Origin: Malacoraja senta
Taxonomy: Eukaryota
Assembly (NCBI GenBank): GCA_038087875.1
Contig: JAXLNO010000337.1
Span: forward strand, 1-64,000
Length of the DNA: 64,000 nucleotides
Direction: 5' to 3'
This document shows, piece after piece, positions 48,347 through 61,989 of the stretch (its first letter is position 1; each line of letters begins with the position of its first letter). The position numbers and the translations under genes were made by a program. Under the pieces are notes generated by a model. It saw only the letters and a list, made by a program, of their open reading frames with translations, did no database searches and had not been told where the DNA came from.

Positions 48347-48454
48347 CCGTGTAAGGGATTCCCCGATCGCTGCAGCAGGTGCCTACGCTGACAGCACAGC
48401 TGGAGCAGCAGCTGCGACCGGTAATGGAGACATAATGATGCGATTCCTCCCAAG
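48347..48454 (+). CDS. AGA: AGA exon 7 (108 nt)
   Basis: tcttacag|[35 protein letters not shown](S)|gtatgg. Confidence 0.94.
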
Positions 48455-49610
48455 GTATGGCAACTCCCACCACGTTTGCAGGTGGTGAAATACGTTCGGT
48501 TTATAAGTTGTGAGACGTTAATTGAGCTGAAATACTTTAAACTTTGAGCCAAGTGAAACTTCCCTTCAAAAGATGCCCTGTATTCATCACAACAGCAGTC
48601 TTAGTTTAGTTTATAGAGGCAGCGTGGAAACAGGCCCATCATGTCCGCGCCGACTCAATTGTCATAATCTCTGTAATACAGACTGGTCTTGGGGTTCACT
48701 TCCATGTGGCAGTGATCGTTCACTCCCCTCTTTTTGACTGAGTGCAGATGCTGAGTGTGTCACAGCCAAGCCTCTTATTTGATATCTACCCCCATATGGG
48801 GAAGCAGATTAGTTAATTAACTGTAGTCAAGAGCAGGAAGTCATAAGAGAAGCAGAGATAACTAGCCATCTATAAGTAATAGATAGGAAAGGTTTAGAAG
48901 GAAGACACAAAATGCTGGAGTAACTCAGCGGGTCAGCCAGCATCTCTGGAGAGAAGGATTGGGTGACGTTTTGGGTCGAGACCCTACTATAGTTTGAAGA
49001 TGGGTCTCGACCCGCAACGTCACCCATTCCTTCTCTCCAGAGATGCTGGCTGACCTGCTGGGTTACTCCAGCATTTTGTGCCTACCTTCAATTTAAACCT
49101 GCAGTTCTTTGCTACACAAGGTTTCGAAGGATATGGGCCATTCACGGGCAAATGCAACTAGCTTAGATGTGGTATGAAGATGGACACAAAATGCTGGAGT
49201 TACTCAGCAGACCTGACTTGAGAGTCAGGGGAGAGGGAGTCCAGAGATGTGGAAGGTGCAAAGAGGACAGATCAAAGCAGACAATGTGGTAATTTGGTTG
49301 GCATGGACTAGTTGGGCCGAAGGGCCTGTTTCTGTGTTGTATGATTGTGACTAGTTCATCGAGTTGGGTCGTTGGTTGGTGATGTTGTTCGGGAGAGGAT
49401 GGGTATGTGGTAATAACTGGGAACTCAAACAATTTTATTTTCATGTCACAATAGAATAAGAAAAGGTTGACTTCACTGGAAAGTAGAGTTTGAAAGACTG
49501 TGCAATTGGATTTGGGAAAACAAAAACAATCTGTGGCATACTGTATATGTTTTTATTGCATCATATAGTTTTAATTTTAATTGTATGTTCAACTTTGCTC
49601 CACAAATTAG

Positions 49611-49744
49611 CTACCAGGCAGTTGAATATATGAGAATGGGAATAGACCCAACTTTGGCGTGCCAGAAAGCTATTGGAAGGATCCAAAATTATCACCCAAA
49701 CTTTTTTGGGGCTCTAATCTGTGCGAACAAGACTGGGCATTATG
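49611..49744 (+). CDS. AGA: AGA exon 8 (134 nt)
   Basis: aaattag|[44 protein letters not shown](G)|gtaagt. Confidence 0.94.
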
Positions 49745-50783
49745 GTAAGTCTTTCAAACAAAGCCTACACATAGGGTCAATCTAAAATTGTCCAGGTAAG
49801 GAAAACATTATGTTAAAAACTGTGACCGACAGAAAAACTTTCATCTTTCGATTGGTGTTTTATTTCATGTAAATTTTATGGGAGCAACATTAAATGCTCA
49901 GTTTTGAAGCTTTTGCATTGAGACAGTTTATGTTCTGAAAAATAAAACTTGTCTAGAAAACTAAATTATACAGCAAAGAAATTTGAAATATTTCCATGCA
50001 TTAAGATTTAGAGAGACAATAGATGAAGAGGGCATATGGTATTATTCCCATCATAGGTCAGGGCATTGAGTATGAGGGTCAGGAAGTCATGATGCAGTTC
50101 AATAGGACTTTGGTTGTGTAGTTTTGTGTGCAGTTCTGGTCACCCCATTACAGGAATGATGTGGAGTCTTTAGAAAGGGTGCAGAGGAAGTTTACCAGAA
50201 TGATGCCTGGATTAGGAAGTACTAGCTCAGCATTGTAGCGCATCAGTTCCATCGATAGTCCAATGTGAATTGAACAGTGCCCCAGCTTATGGAAGGACCG
50301 TTCACAAGCTTGATAAGAGGGGAAGAAGCTTGAGTCTGGTGGTGCGCACTTTCAAGCTTCTATACCATGGACAGGAGCCTGGAGAAGGGAGGGAGAAGAG
50401 GAATGAACAGAGTGGGATAAATATGGAAACATAGAAAATAGGTGCAGGAGGAGGCCATTCGGCCCTTCGAATCTTTTTTTTTTTTTTTATCATAATAAAA
50501 TGGAAAATGAACACCTGAAAATGCATGCGCATGCATACCTGACAGTTAGTCGACTTTGTTAAAAGGTCAACCACCTGAAACTGTTTTTCTCCCTCGCACT
50601 GATGCTGGTTGATCTAAGTTTACCAACACTTCATGCTTTACTTTTGGTATGGCATAAAACTGAGAATAAATCCTTAAGAAATATGTAACAATCAAAACGC
50701 TGAATAATTTTCAGAATAATTAAGCTGATGCACTATGTTAATCCCACTTACACCTTCCTGTAATTCTTCTTCTTCTCTTTCAG

Positions 50784-50878
50784 GGGTTGCATGCAGTAAA
50801 TCTCCAAATTTGACTCAGTTTTATTTTATGATTTTCAATCCTTCAACAGCTTCAGAAAAGATAGTCGACTGCATTTAA
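50784..50878 (+). CDS. AGA: AGA exon 9 (terminal, coding part)
   Basis: ttctctttcag|(G)VACSKSPNLTQFYFMIFNPSTASEKIVDCI*; candidate ATTAAA polyA signal at 50959. Confidence 0.92.
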
Positions 50879-52329
50879 AGTTGTAGCCATCCATCCGTCA
50901 TTTTCTAAAGACCTCGTCAGCTTGTGAAATTCAAACTGTCTTATGAACCGAAGTGACAATTAAAAGAGTTATTCTGTTAATTTTCAGAGTTGTGCTTTAT
51001 GTACAAGCAGGTTAAACTATTAAGATGTCAGAAACATTTACAGGGCTAGTTGCCAGTACCGCAGCTTATACACTATATACATGAAGCAAATTGGTCTCAT
51101 GTTTATGGAGTCATACAACGTAGACATAGGCCCTTCAGTCCTGCTCATCAAAGCTGAACAAGATGTCTCAACTAAGTTAGTCCCATTTGACCACATATGG
51201 CCCATATCTTTCTATACCTTTCCTATCCATGTACCTGTTCAAAGATCTTTTAAATATTGTTATTGTCCCTGCCTCAACTACCTCCTCTGGCACCTCGTTC
51301 CATATACCTTCATCCTCTCGCCGAGATCGCCAGTGGTGGAGCTCCTTCCAGCGCGGCCTGTTAGTTTTCGAAGCCGCGGTCTTGGGTCAGGAAGTGGCCG
51401 TTCCAGGTATCCCAAGCCGCTGAGAGGATTCTCCCGACGCCGGAGCACCATCATCTGGCGAGAAGGGCCTGGAACATCGGGCCTCCGTAAAGGTGACTGC
51501 AGAGGCCTCAATAGGCCCAACTATGGGTGGACAAGGGGATGGGGACTGGACTTTGCACCTTCCCTCATAATGGGAACCATTGTGGGGGGATGTTTTTATG
51601 TTTAAATTTCTTTATTATAATTCTGTTGTATTCTTTTTAATGTGTTGCAATGGCAATCCGCATTTCACTACACCAATTGGTGTATGTGACAAATAAAGAC
51701 CCTTTGAACCTTTGAAAAAGCTACGTCTCAGGTTTCTATTAAATCTTTCCCATTTAATCTTAAATCTATGTCCTCTGGTTCTTGATTCCTCTACTCTGGG
51801 TAGAAGACTTTCATTGTAAATCTTCTCTGCACCCTTTCCAGCTTAACAACATGCTTCCTATACCGGGGTGACGAAAACTGAACACAATACTCTAAATGTG
51901 GCCTCACCAATGTCTTGTACAACTTTTTGAACTTGATCTCCCATCTATGACCGTTGTCCAACCCATCAAAAAACCCTCTTCACATAATTACCTGCCAGGC
52001 TTTGTCTGCCATACTTGTGACCTCTAGTCTTTGATATTTCCAAACTGAGAAAAATGTCGCTATTGTCCACCTGATCTATGACTTTCAAATGTTTAAATAC
52101 ATCTATCAGGTCTCCCCTCAACCTCCAAAGTTCCAGAGTAAATAATCCAAGTTTGTCCAACATTTCTATACAGCTAGTAGCCTCGAAGACAGGCATTATT
52201 CTGGTTAACCTTCTCAGCACCCGCTCCCAAAGCCTCCACATCCTTTCTGTAATGTGGTGAATAAAGCTGTAAAATACCATACAATAGAATTTTTTCGCAG
52301 GAGGGAAATTGATCTGCCAACAGTCATAA

Positions 52330-52790
52330 GATACAGGACACATGAAATGAGTGGAAAGTCCAGGATTGGGGATGTGTAGATGGGGGGGGGGGAGTCTCAG
52401 TCTACCCCACAACAGAAGAGGGAGGAGTTGTACAGATTGATAGCCACAGGGAACAAGGATCTCCAGTGGCGTTTTGTGCTGCATCTTGGTGGGACCAGTC
52501 TGTTGCTGAAGGTGCTCCTCAGGTTGGCCAGTTTGTCATGGAGGGGGTGAGCTGTATTGTCCAGGATGCTCTGCAGTTTGAGGAGCATCCTCCCCTCCAA
52601 GACCACCTCCAGTGACTCCAACTCGACCCCCAGGATGGAGCCAGCCTTCCTGATGAGTTTGTTAATTCTGTTGGAGTCCACGGCCTTCGCCCTGCTGCCC
52701 CAGCACACGACAGCGAAGAAGATGGCACTGGCCACCACCGATCGATAGAACATCTGCAGCATCTTACCGCAGACGTTGATAGAGCACGAA
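52330..52790 (-). mobile_element. Rex1/Babar-type LINE 3' fragment
   Basis: MLQMFYRSVVASAIFFAVVCWGS...HPLH...FPVAINLYN. Confidence 0.75.
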
Positions 52791-52792
52791 CA

Positions 52793-55135
52793 CAAATACA
52801 CTTATAAGCAATAAAAAAGAAAATAAAACACAAAGGAAAACAAACAAGTAAGTAACTCAAATAATACAAATAATATCGTTCATGTTCAAAAGCGGTAAGA
52901 AGAAGTTCGAAAACTTTTCTGGTCCTACCCCCTCTTATTTTCTATACATTTTCATGGAAAAAACAAAATAATGGGAACAAATGGACCCAAAATCTGTTGA
53001 ACAGTCCACAAACAAGAAATAACCAAACAGAAAAGAAAATCACTGGTCCAGCTCATAACCATTCAATCTTGTTTCTGAAGAGTGTTTTTAGTTTGAATAG
53101 AGTCTTACATTTTTTCAGCTCATCATGGCAGTTATTCCAGAGACTAACACCCTTTGCTGTAACACAATGGAGTTTTGCATTAGTTCTTATTGCTGGTTTT
53201 TCGAATATATAGGTTCCTCTCAGGTTGTGTTTGCTTTCTCTCCGTTGGAACAACCCCTGAATATTACAAGGCAATTGCTGATTTGCTGCTTTGAACATAA
53301 TTTGGATAGTTTTATAATCTGTCAGATCTTGAAATTTTAATGTTTGTAGTCTGATAAATAATGGTTTTGTTGATTGTCTGTAGGTGGTTTTATGTATAAT
53401 TCGTATTGCTCTTTTTTGGAGGATGAAGATTGGATGTGTATTTGTTTTGTATGTGTTTCCCCATACCTCCACACAGTAGATCATGTATGGGAGTATGAGG
53501 GAGCAGTACAACATATACAGGGAGGCTTCATTTAGCAGGTCTCTGGCTTTATTCAGTATTGCAATTGCTTTGGATATTTTGGCTTTAATATAATTTATGT
53601 GAGATTTCCAAGTTAATTTGTTGTCAATTAATACTCCAAGAAATTTTATTTCAGATATTCTTTCTATTTCTGTGCCATTTATCATGAGCTTTTTCTCTGT
53701 GTTGGCTGATCGATTTCCAAATATTATGAATTTTGTTTTACTTAAATTCAATGTGAGTTTATTTTCGTCAAACCAGATCTTCATCCTGCTCAATTCCTTT
53801 TCCATACTATCCAGGATCTGTTCCAAGTTGTCTCCACAGCAGAGTAAGTTAGTATCATCAGCGAAGAGAATAGTTTCAAGAGTTTTTGACACTTCACATA
53901 TATTATTGATATACAAAATGAATAATAATGGCCCTAACACTGAGCCCTGAGGCACCCCACACGTAACCTGCAGTAATTGTGATTTATGGTTTTGTATTTC
54001 GACATATTGTTCCCGGTTCTGTAGGTAGCTGAATAGCCATGATAATGCGATGCCTCTAATGCCATATCTTTGTAGTTTCTTTATTAATAACTCGTGGTCT
54101 ACGGTGTCAAATGCTTTTTTAAATCCAAAAAAATCCCTACTGCATACTTTTTATTTTCTATTGCCTTAGTAATTTTTTCTATAAATTCAATAATTGCAAA
54201 TGAAGTTGTTCTGTTAGCTCTAAAACCATATTGTTGTTCGTACAGTATGTTATGTTTGGTGATAAATTCGTCCAGTCTTGTGTAAAATATTTTTTCCAGT
54301 ATTTTGGAGAACTGTGGAAGCAATGAAATCGGTCTGTAATTTGAAAGTACATGTTTGTCTCCAGTTTTATACATTGGTATGACTTTTGCTGTTTTCATTT
54401 TGTTGGGAAATACACCGGTTTGAAGTGACTGATTACAAATGTGAGTCAGAGGTCTTGCTATGCATTCTATAATGTTTTTAACTGTAAACATGGCAATATC
54501 ATGACGGTCTGTGGATTTCTTACTCTTGAGTTTTTTTACAGTGTCAATAATTTCTTTTTCTTCAGTCCCTCTTATAAATATTGTATCCTTTACATATATC
54601 TCTTTACTTTCTACACTATCGCTGCTACCAGTCTTTGCAATTTTTCCGGACAAATCAGGACCAACACCAACAAAGAATTTGTTGAATTCGTTTGCAGCTG
54701 AGGCCATATCAGTGATTATTGTGTTGTTTTTAGACAGGAAATGGTTTGGGTATTGTGCCTTTCCATTTCCTTTTTTAATATGGCATTTAATACATTCCAT
54801 GTATTTTTAATATTGTTTTTGTTGTTCTCCAGTAACTTACTATAATGATCGATTTTGCTGCATCTCATGATTTTTGTTAGTTTGTTTTTATATGTCCTAT
54901 ATTTTTCTTCACCTTCTGCTGTTCTTATCTTTAAAAAAAATTTGTACAAATTTTTTTTTTCCTTACATGCATTTAATATTCCTTTAGTTATCCATGGTTT
55001 ATCAGCATATGTTAGTTTCACTATTTTCTTTACTAGAGGACAATTTATTTCGTACAGTCCTGATACAATTGACAGAAATGATTCGCAGGCTACATTTACA
55101 TCTTTTACATAAACTTTGTTCCAATCTTGTTTCGA
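52793..55135 (-). mobile_element. AT-rich L2/Crack-like LINE, RT and C-terminus, frameshifted
   Basis: [46 protein letters not shown] in ORFs 54716-55177, 54099-54800 and 53053-53955. Confidence 0.85.
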
Positions 55136-55293
55136 TAGGTCTTCTCTCACTGATGCAGCCCATAATTGCAGAGTCATCCAAAAACTTCTGCAGGTGGTAG
55201 GAATCCGAGTTGTACTTGAAGTCCAAGGTGTAGATGGTCAATGGAAGGGAGAGAGGACCATCGCCCTGTGGGGCCCCTGTGTTGCTCACTTCT

Positions 55294-55978
55294 GTGTACA
55301 GGGCCCTGGTGAGACCGCACCTGGAATATTGTGTGCAGTTCTGGTCCCCTAATTTGAGGAAGGACATTCTTGTTATTGAGGGAGTGCAGCGTAGGTTCAC
55401 CAGGTTAATTCCCTGGATGGCGGGACTGTAATATGCTGAGAGAATGGAGCGGCTGGGCTTGTATACTCTGGAATTTAGAAGGATGAGAGGGGATCTTATT
55501 GAAACCTATTATTAAGGGTTTGGACACGCTAGAGGCAAGAAACATGTTCCCAATGTTGGGGTAGTCCAGAACCAGCGGCCACAGTTTAAGAATAAGGGGT
55601 AAGCCATTTAGAACGGAGATGAGGAAACACTTTTTCACACAGGGAATTGTGAGTCTTTGGAATTCTCTGCCTGAGAGGGCGGTGGAGGCCGGTTCTCTTT
55701 AAAGAGAGAGCTAGATAGGGCTCTTAAAGATAGCGGACTTAGGGGATATGGGGAGAAGGCAGGAACGGAATACTGATTGTGGATGATCATCCATGATTAC
55801 ATTGAAAGGTGGTGGTGGCGGCTCGAAGGGCCGAATGGCCTACTCCTGCACCTATTGTCTATTGAGGGAGTGCAGCATAGATTCACGAGGTTAATTCATG
55901 GAACGGCAGGACTGACATATGATAGAAGGGGTCGCCTGGGCTTATATTGACTGGAATTTAGAAGGATGAGAGGGGATC
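55294..55978 (+). mobile_element. CR1 3' fragment(s)
   Basis: [18 protein letters not shown]... plus 3' UTR. Confidence 0.85.
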
Positions 55979-55980
55979 AA

Positions 55981-57650
55981 TTCAAGTAAAGTCAAGTGAG
56001 TTTATTGTCATGTGTCCCTGATACGACAATGAAATTCTTGCTTTGCTTCAGCACAGAACATAGTTGGCATTTACTACAAAACAGATCAGTGTGTCCATAT
56101 ACCATAATATAAATATATACACACATGAATAAATAAACTGATAAAGTGCAGATAACAGATAATGGGTTATTAATAATCAGAGTTTTGTCCGAGCCAGGTT
56201 TAATAGCCTGATGGCTGTGGAGAAGTAGCTATTCCTGAACCTGGTTGTTGCTGTCTACAGGCTCCTGTACCTTCTACCTGAAGGTAGCAGGGAGATTAGT
56301 GTGTGGCAAGGATGGTGTGGGTCTTTGATGATACTGCCAGCCTTTTTGAGGCAGCGACTGCGATAAATCCCCTCGATGGAAGGAAGGTCAGAGCCGATGA
56401 TGGACTGGGCAGTGTTTACTACTTTTTTAGTCTTTTCCTCTCCAGGGTGCTCAAGTTGCCGAACCAAGCCACGACGCAACCGGTCAGCATGCTCTCTACT
56501 GTGCACCTGTAGAAGTTAGAGAGAGTCCTCCTTGACAAACCGACTCTCTGTAATCTTCTCAGGAAGTAGAGGCACTGATGAGCTTTCTTGATAATTGCAT
56601 TAGTGTTCTAGGACAAGGAAAGATCTTCAGAGATGTGCACCCCCAGGAATTTGAAGCTCTTGACCCTTTCAACCATCGACCCGTTGATATAAACGGGACT
56701 GTGGGTCCCCATCCTACTCCTTCCAAAGTCCACAATCAGTTCCTTGGTTTTGCTGGTGTTGAGGGCCAGGTTATTGTGCTGGCACCATATGGATAGTTGC
56801 TCGATCTCTCTTCTATACTCTGACTCATCCCCATCAGTGATACGTCCCACCACAGTGGTGTCGTCAGCGAACTTGATGATGGAGTTCGTACTGTGACCGG
56901 CTACGCAGTCATGAATATAGAGTGAGTACAGCAGGGGGCTGAGCACGCAGCCTTGAGGTGCTCCCTTGCTGATTGTTATCGAGGCTGACACATTTCCACC
57001 AATACGAACAGACTGTGGTCTGTGAATGAGGAAGTCGAGGATCCAATTGCAGAGGGATGCGCAGAGATCCAGTTCTGCGAGTTTGGTAACCAGCTTGGAG
57101 AGGATGATTGTGTTAAATGCCGAGCTGTAATCGATGAATAACAGCCTGACATATGAGTTTGTGTTGTCCAAGTGGTCCAGAGCGGAGTGGAGGGCCAGCG
57201 AGATCGCATCCACCGTTGATCTGTTGTGGCGGTAAGCGAACTGCAGTGGGTCCAGGTTTTTGTCGAGGTAGGAGTTGATTTGCTCCATGATCAACCTCTC
57301 AAAGCACTTCATCACCACAGCAAATGGGGGCTCGGGAAGGCACATCAGTGTTCTCCCTATCGAAGCGTGCGTAAAACGCATTGAACTCGTCAGGGAGTGA
57401 TGTTTCACCGACATTCGAGCTGCCTCCTGGTTTCGCCTTGTAGGAGGTGATTGCATTCAGGCCCCGCCACAGCGGCCGAACATCTGTCTCAACCTCCAGT
57501 TGGGAGTAGAAATCCCTTTTGGCCTTTTTGATGGCCTTACCAAGGTCGTATCTGGACTTCTTGCAGGCCACTGTATCATCAGACATGAATGCCCGGTGTC
57601 TGGACTTCAGAAGAGTGCGGATCTCAAAGTTCATCCAAGGTTTCTGATTG
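55981..57650 (-). mobile_element. Rex1/Babar-type LINE, RT and 3' end, with internal deletion
   Basis: [35 protein letters not shown]; a related 3' end lies at ~25945-26325. Confidence 0.88.
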
Positions 57651-58037
57651 GGAAATCTTATAGAAATATAAAATTCTTATGGGATTGGTCATGCATGATG
57701 CAGGAAATATGTTCCGGATGTTGGGGGGAGTCCAGAACCAGGGATAACATTTTAAGTCTAAGGGGTAGGCCATTTAAGCCTAAGATGAGGTAAAACTTTT
57801 TCACCCTGAGAATTCTGAATCTGTAGAATTCTCAGTCATGGAAGGCAGTGGAGGCTAATTCACTGGAACTTTTCAAGAGAGTTCGAAACAGCTCTTTGGG
57901 CTAACGGAATCAAGGTATATGGGGGGAAAGCAGGAATGAGGTACCGATTTTGGATGATCAGTCATGATCGTATTGAATGGTGGTGCTGTCTCAAAGGGGC
58001 GAACGGCCTACTCCTGCACCTATTTTCTATGTTTCTA
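57650..58037 (+). mobile_element. Degenerate CR1 3' fragment
   Basis: GESRTR motif, CR1 3' UTR and TTTCTATG tail. Confidence 0.75.
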
Positions 58038-61000
58038 CCATGTCTGTACAAAGTTCCGAAATACTGTGGTCATCCAGTCAGGTAGTTGGTGATCCAGAAC
58101 ACCAATGGAGCATCAACCCGCATCTTCGTCAGTTTGCTCCCTAGCAGATGGTGTTAAAAGCACTGGAGAAGTAAAAAAAAAAAAAATTCGCACAGTGCTT
58201 CCCAGCTTATCCAGGTGAGAATATGAACAATGGAACAGGTGGATGGTGGCACCCTCAACTCCCATCTTTGTTTGGTAAGGGAACTGCAGGGGGTCCAGGT
58301 TTCAATATACCCGTAAATCCTCTCCTGACCAATATACAATGCACTTACTATTAAGGAAACATATGTTACACCTTAGTTGTGTTTATTTATAGACACAACA
58401 TGGAAATAGGCCCTTTGGGCCACGAGTCCACACCGACCACTGATCCCATTCACACTAGTTCTATGTTATTCCACTTCCTTATCCACTCCCTACACATTAG
58501 GGGCAACTTACAAAGGCCAATTAACCTACAAACCTGCACGTATTTGGAATGTGAGAGGAAACTAGAGCAACCAGAGGAAATCAATGTGATCACAGGGAGA
58601 ATATGCAAACACCAGACAGAAAACACCCGGTCAGACCCGGTCCCTGATTCTGTGAGGCAGCAACTGTACCAACTATGCCACCTTCCACTTGTGTTGCTCC
58701 TTTCAGGGTTCTGTGGACATAGACCACATGCCTTCTGTGCATAAATGCTGTTCAGGCTCTTGCCGTTAACTGCATACTTCCGCCTTACATTAACCCTCGC
58801 ATAGTGCAACATCACAGTCTTGTTCGCTTTAAACTCCATGCCTTCCTCAAGGTCGGCAACTCCACCAATGTTTCTCATCTGTAAACTTACTAATCAACCC
58901 TTTTACATTAATGACTAAGCCAAATATATCTATAACTCACAAACAGAAGTCCCAGCACAGATCTCAGTGGAACTCCGCTGGTCACAGACCTCCAGCCAGC
59001 ACACCACGCTGTCTTCTATGCGTTAGCCAGTTCTAAATCCAAATGACCAAGTCAGGAAGAGAGACACAAAAAAATGGAGTAATTCAACGGGACATGCAGC
59101 ATCTCTGGAGAGAAGGAATGGGTGATGTTCCGGGTCGAGACCCTTCTACAGGACGATGAAGGTTTTGAAGTCTTTTTTATGTGGGGGAGGTGGGGAGGGG
59201 GAAACGTTTCCCAGTCACTTCCTGGTCGGAGATGTGCCTTTTCTCCGAGTCACATCTTCTCTCCCCCCCCTCGCGGCCTACCATCTGGATTGGCGCGGCC
59301 TTTCGTGCCGAGACCGGTCAGAGCTTCAACAGCGGTGCAGCACTGAATTACCATCGGGAAGCGGGCTGCTGCTTTAATATCGTGGAGCTGTGGTTTGCAG
59401 AGCTTCTTGCCGCGGGCGGCGCTGACTTTATCACGGGACATCGCGGAGTCCTGGTGATCCCTTTGCCAAGGGCCGCCAGTGTTGAATCTCCTCCCAGCTC
59501 GGCCTGTGGACTTCGGAAGCCGAGGTCTCCGGTAAGAAGTGGTCGATTCGGAAACTCCAAGCCATTGAGTGTGTTCTTCCGTTCCGACGTCGGAGTTTCG
59601 ATCATCCCGGCAAGAGGGCCTGAACATCGGGCTGCCGTAGCAACGACTGCGGAGGGCTCAAAGGCCCCGGACGTTGATTCTGCTGTGTGGGGATGTTCAT
59701 GTTAAACTTCTATCGTGTATTGTGTTCATTTTATTTGTATGGCTGTATGGTAACTCAAATCTCACTGTACCAATTGGTGCCTGTGACAATAAATGTAACT
59801 TATACTTGGTGGTGTGCATCCCTCTTGAACCACTAGTTGTCTGGTGACAGCACCGAGGGAGTTCTTGGATTTAGACCCAGTGACAATATGACTGGTGAAA
59901 TATTTCCAAGTCAGGATCAAGTACATTTTGGTGAGAAATCTGTTGGTGGTATTATCTCCATTCCATCTTCCATGCTTGTCGGAAATCACCACATATCAAG
60001 TCTATTAAAAACCTCTTTTTAGACAACAGAATTCTTTGGGACTAGTTCTGTACTTGGAAGTATTATTAATCTGAATTATGGAACTGAAAATGTGATATTA
60101 AATGGACAACAAATCGAGAGTTCACAAGATTGACATAACTGGTAATAATATAGGTGCAGGGAAAATTTACATAAAGATATGCAGGTGCTCATCTCATGAT
60201 ATCTAAAAAAAATGTTTCTCATGAAGTTAATAACCAATCCAGTAGGACATTAAAACAAATAGTTTCCCAATTTATTGATAGTTACTTGCAATAGACAAAG
60301 AAAAAAGTGACAAAACAATAAACAATAGATTTCAAAATACATAATGTAACAGTGATAGAAAAGCTTATAATAATAGCTCTCTTAATATATTGAATAAAGA
60401 CATTTCATAAAACAATACAAGTGTGATTTAAAAAAACATTTGGCACAAATACATCTGGTACAATTGCTTTGAATAGAGTCACCGATAGCAACTGTCAACT
60501 TTGAATGCAGCTTAAGGCTCTTGCAACGGGCTTTGTGATGCCAATTTCTACTGACTCCATTTACCATCACCATCTTTTAGGTTGAATCTTGCATTCTGCA
60601 ACTTAACAGAAAAACCACAAGTAAACTTGTTATCAGTTATTTCGCTCATCTTTTGCCTTCCAACCATCAGGCAGACTGTAACTAAAACTAAATTGTTGTG
60701 TCAATGTCTGCTGTGGGATAAAGAAACAAGGAATTGCAGATGCCAAAAAAAGACAAAGTGCTGAAGTAACTCAGGGAAGACACAAAGTGCTGGAGTAACT
60801 CAGCGGGTCAGGCAGCATCCCCGGAGAACATGGACAGGTGACGTTTTGGGTCGGTACCCTTCTTCAGACCCCGAAATGTCACCTATCCATGTTCGTCAGA
60901 GCTGCTGCTTGACCCGCTGAGTTACTCCAGCACGTTGCGTCTAATAGTATGGATTAGTTGTGGTTACCAAGCAAGGAGTCCCAATGTTGCAATTCAATCT

Positions 61001-61142
61001 GCAGGTTTGGGGGAAAACATGATCTGAATACAGGAGATGTTTTAATATATATCCATCCAAAGCTATCACTGATGTATCACTGGTCCAGCAGTGCTCGTGT
61101 CAGTGAATCAATTCTTTAATTCTCTTTACCTCAGCAGTTGTT

Positions 61143-61325
61143 TCAGCAGCCGGCAGGGATCTTAAATCCAGGTCCATTCTCTGCCCACTGAAAGAAATCA
61201 CACTGTTTGTTCATTCCTCGCGAGCAAACGTAAAAGTTGCGTCCGTTATTGGGACCAAGTTTCAGCACGGTTCTCATGATACATCGCGTTCCATGATTGC
61301 AGATCGGAAAATGTAAATCAGCCCA
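61143..61325 (-). CDS. NEIL3: NEIL3 terminal coding exon (183 nt; second GRF zinc finger), intact
   Basis: ttcccctag|WADLHFPICNHGTRCIMRTVLKLGPNNGRNFYVCSRGMNKQCDFFQWAENGPGFKIPAGC*; upstream exons expected beyond 64000. Confidence 0.95.
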   Translation of the reverse strand, partial: WADLHFPICNHGTRCIMRTVLKLGPNNGRNFYVCSRGMNKQCDFFQWAENGPGFKIPAGC

Positions 61326-61989
61326 CTAGGGGAACAAATATGCATGTAAGGCACAAATAGCATAATATCCACCAAAGTACATGATGAATGCTCTCCGAAC
61401 ATGTTTATGAGCCATTTATTTATTTACTCATCCATCAGTCTATTGGGAATGGGTCAAAGGGAAACCATTTAAAAATAATTGGTCACCTTCTTTGTTGAAC
61501 TTTTAATTTAAGATCTCAGTAAAAAGTTATGAATGTGATATGGCCATCCAATCTAATTACAACATTAGGTGGACAAAAAATATTTATTTCTCCTGCATAA
61601 TTAAAATTATGAATCCCCTCATGTTATTAGAAATCTTTTGATTTACAAACCTATTATATACATGTGTAACTAAGCTGAACAAATCCAATTATAAATGGCT
61701 AAAATAGTTCTCCAAACAATATACTGCAATCTATTATTTAATCAAATTCATCAACAAACAAAAAAAATAGCAATGACTGTAATTTCAAAGCTATTTTAAA
61801 CTATTGAATCTGTCAAAGTGCAGCTGATGTCTAAAGCAAATTGTGCATAAAATGTGAAGTGGGAAATGGGCTGCGGGAAGTTTGAAATATTGTAATTACT
61901 TTCAGATTTTTGGACGGTATTGCCCTCTTCAGACCATTTGGTATAATGCTATTTACTAATGAAAAGCTTGAGTTCTGCACAAAATTCTC

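Larger units (their letters stand above)
38016..50878 (+). other. AGA: AGA (aspartylglucosaminidase, Ntn-hydrolase) gene span, exons 4-9 only; probable 5'-truncated, decaying duplicate
   Basis: Six exons with GT-AG boundaries splice into one open frame ending VDCI*; exons 1-3 not found by eye. Confidence 0.88.
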
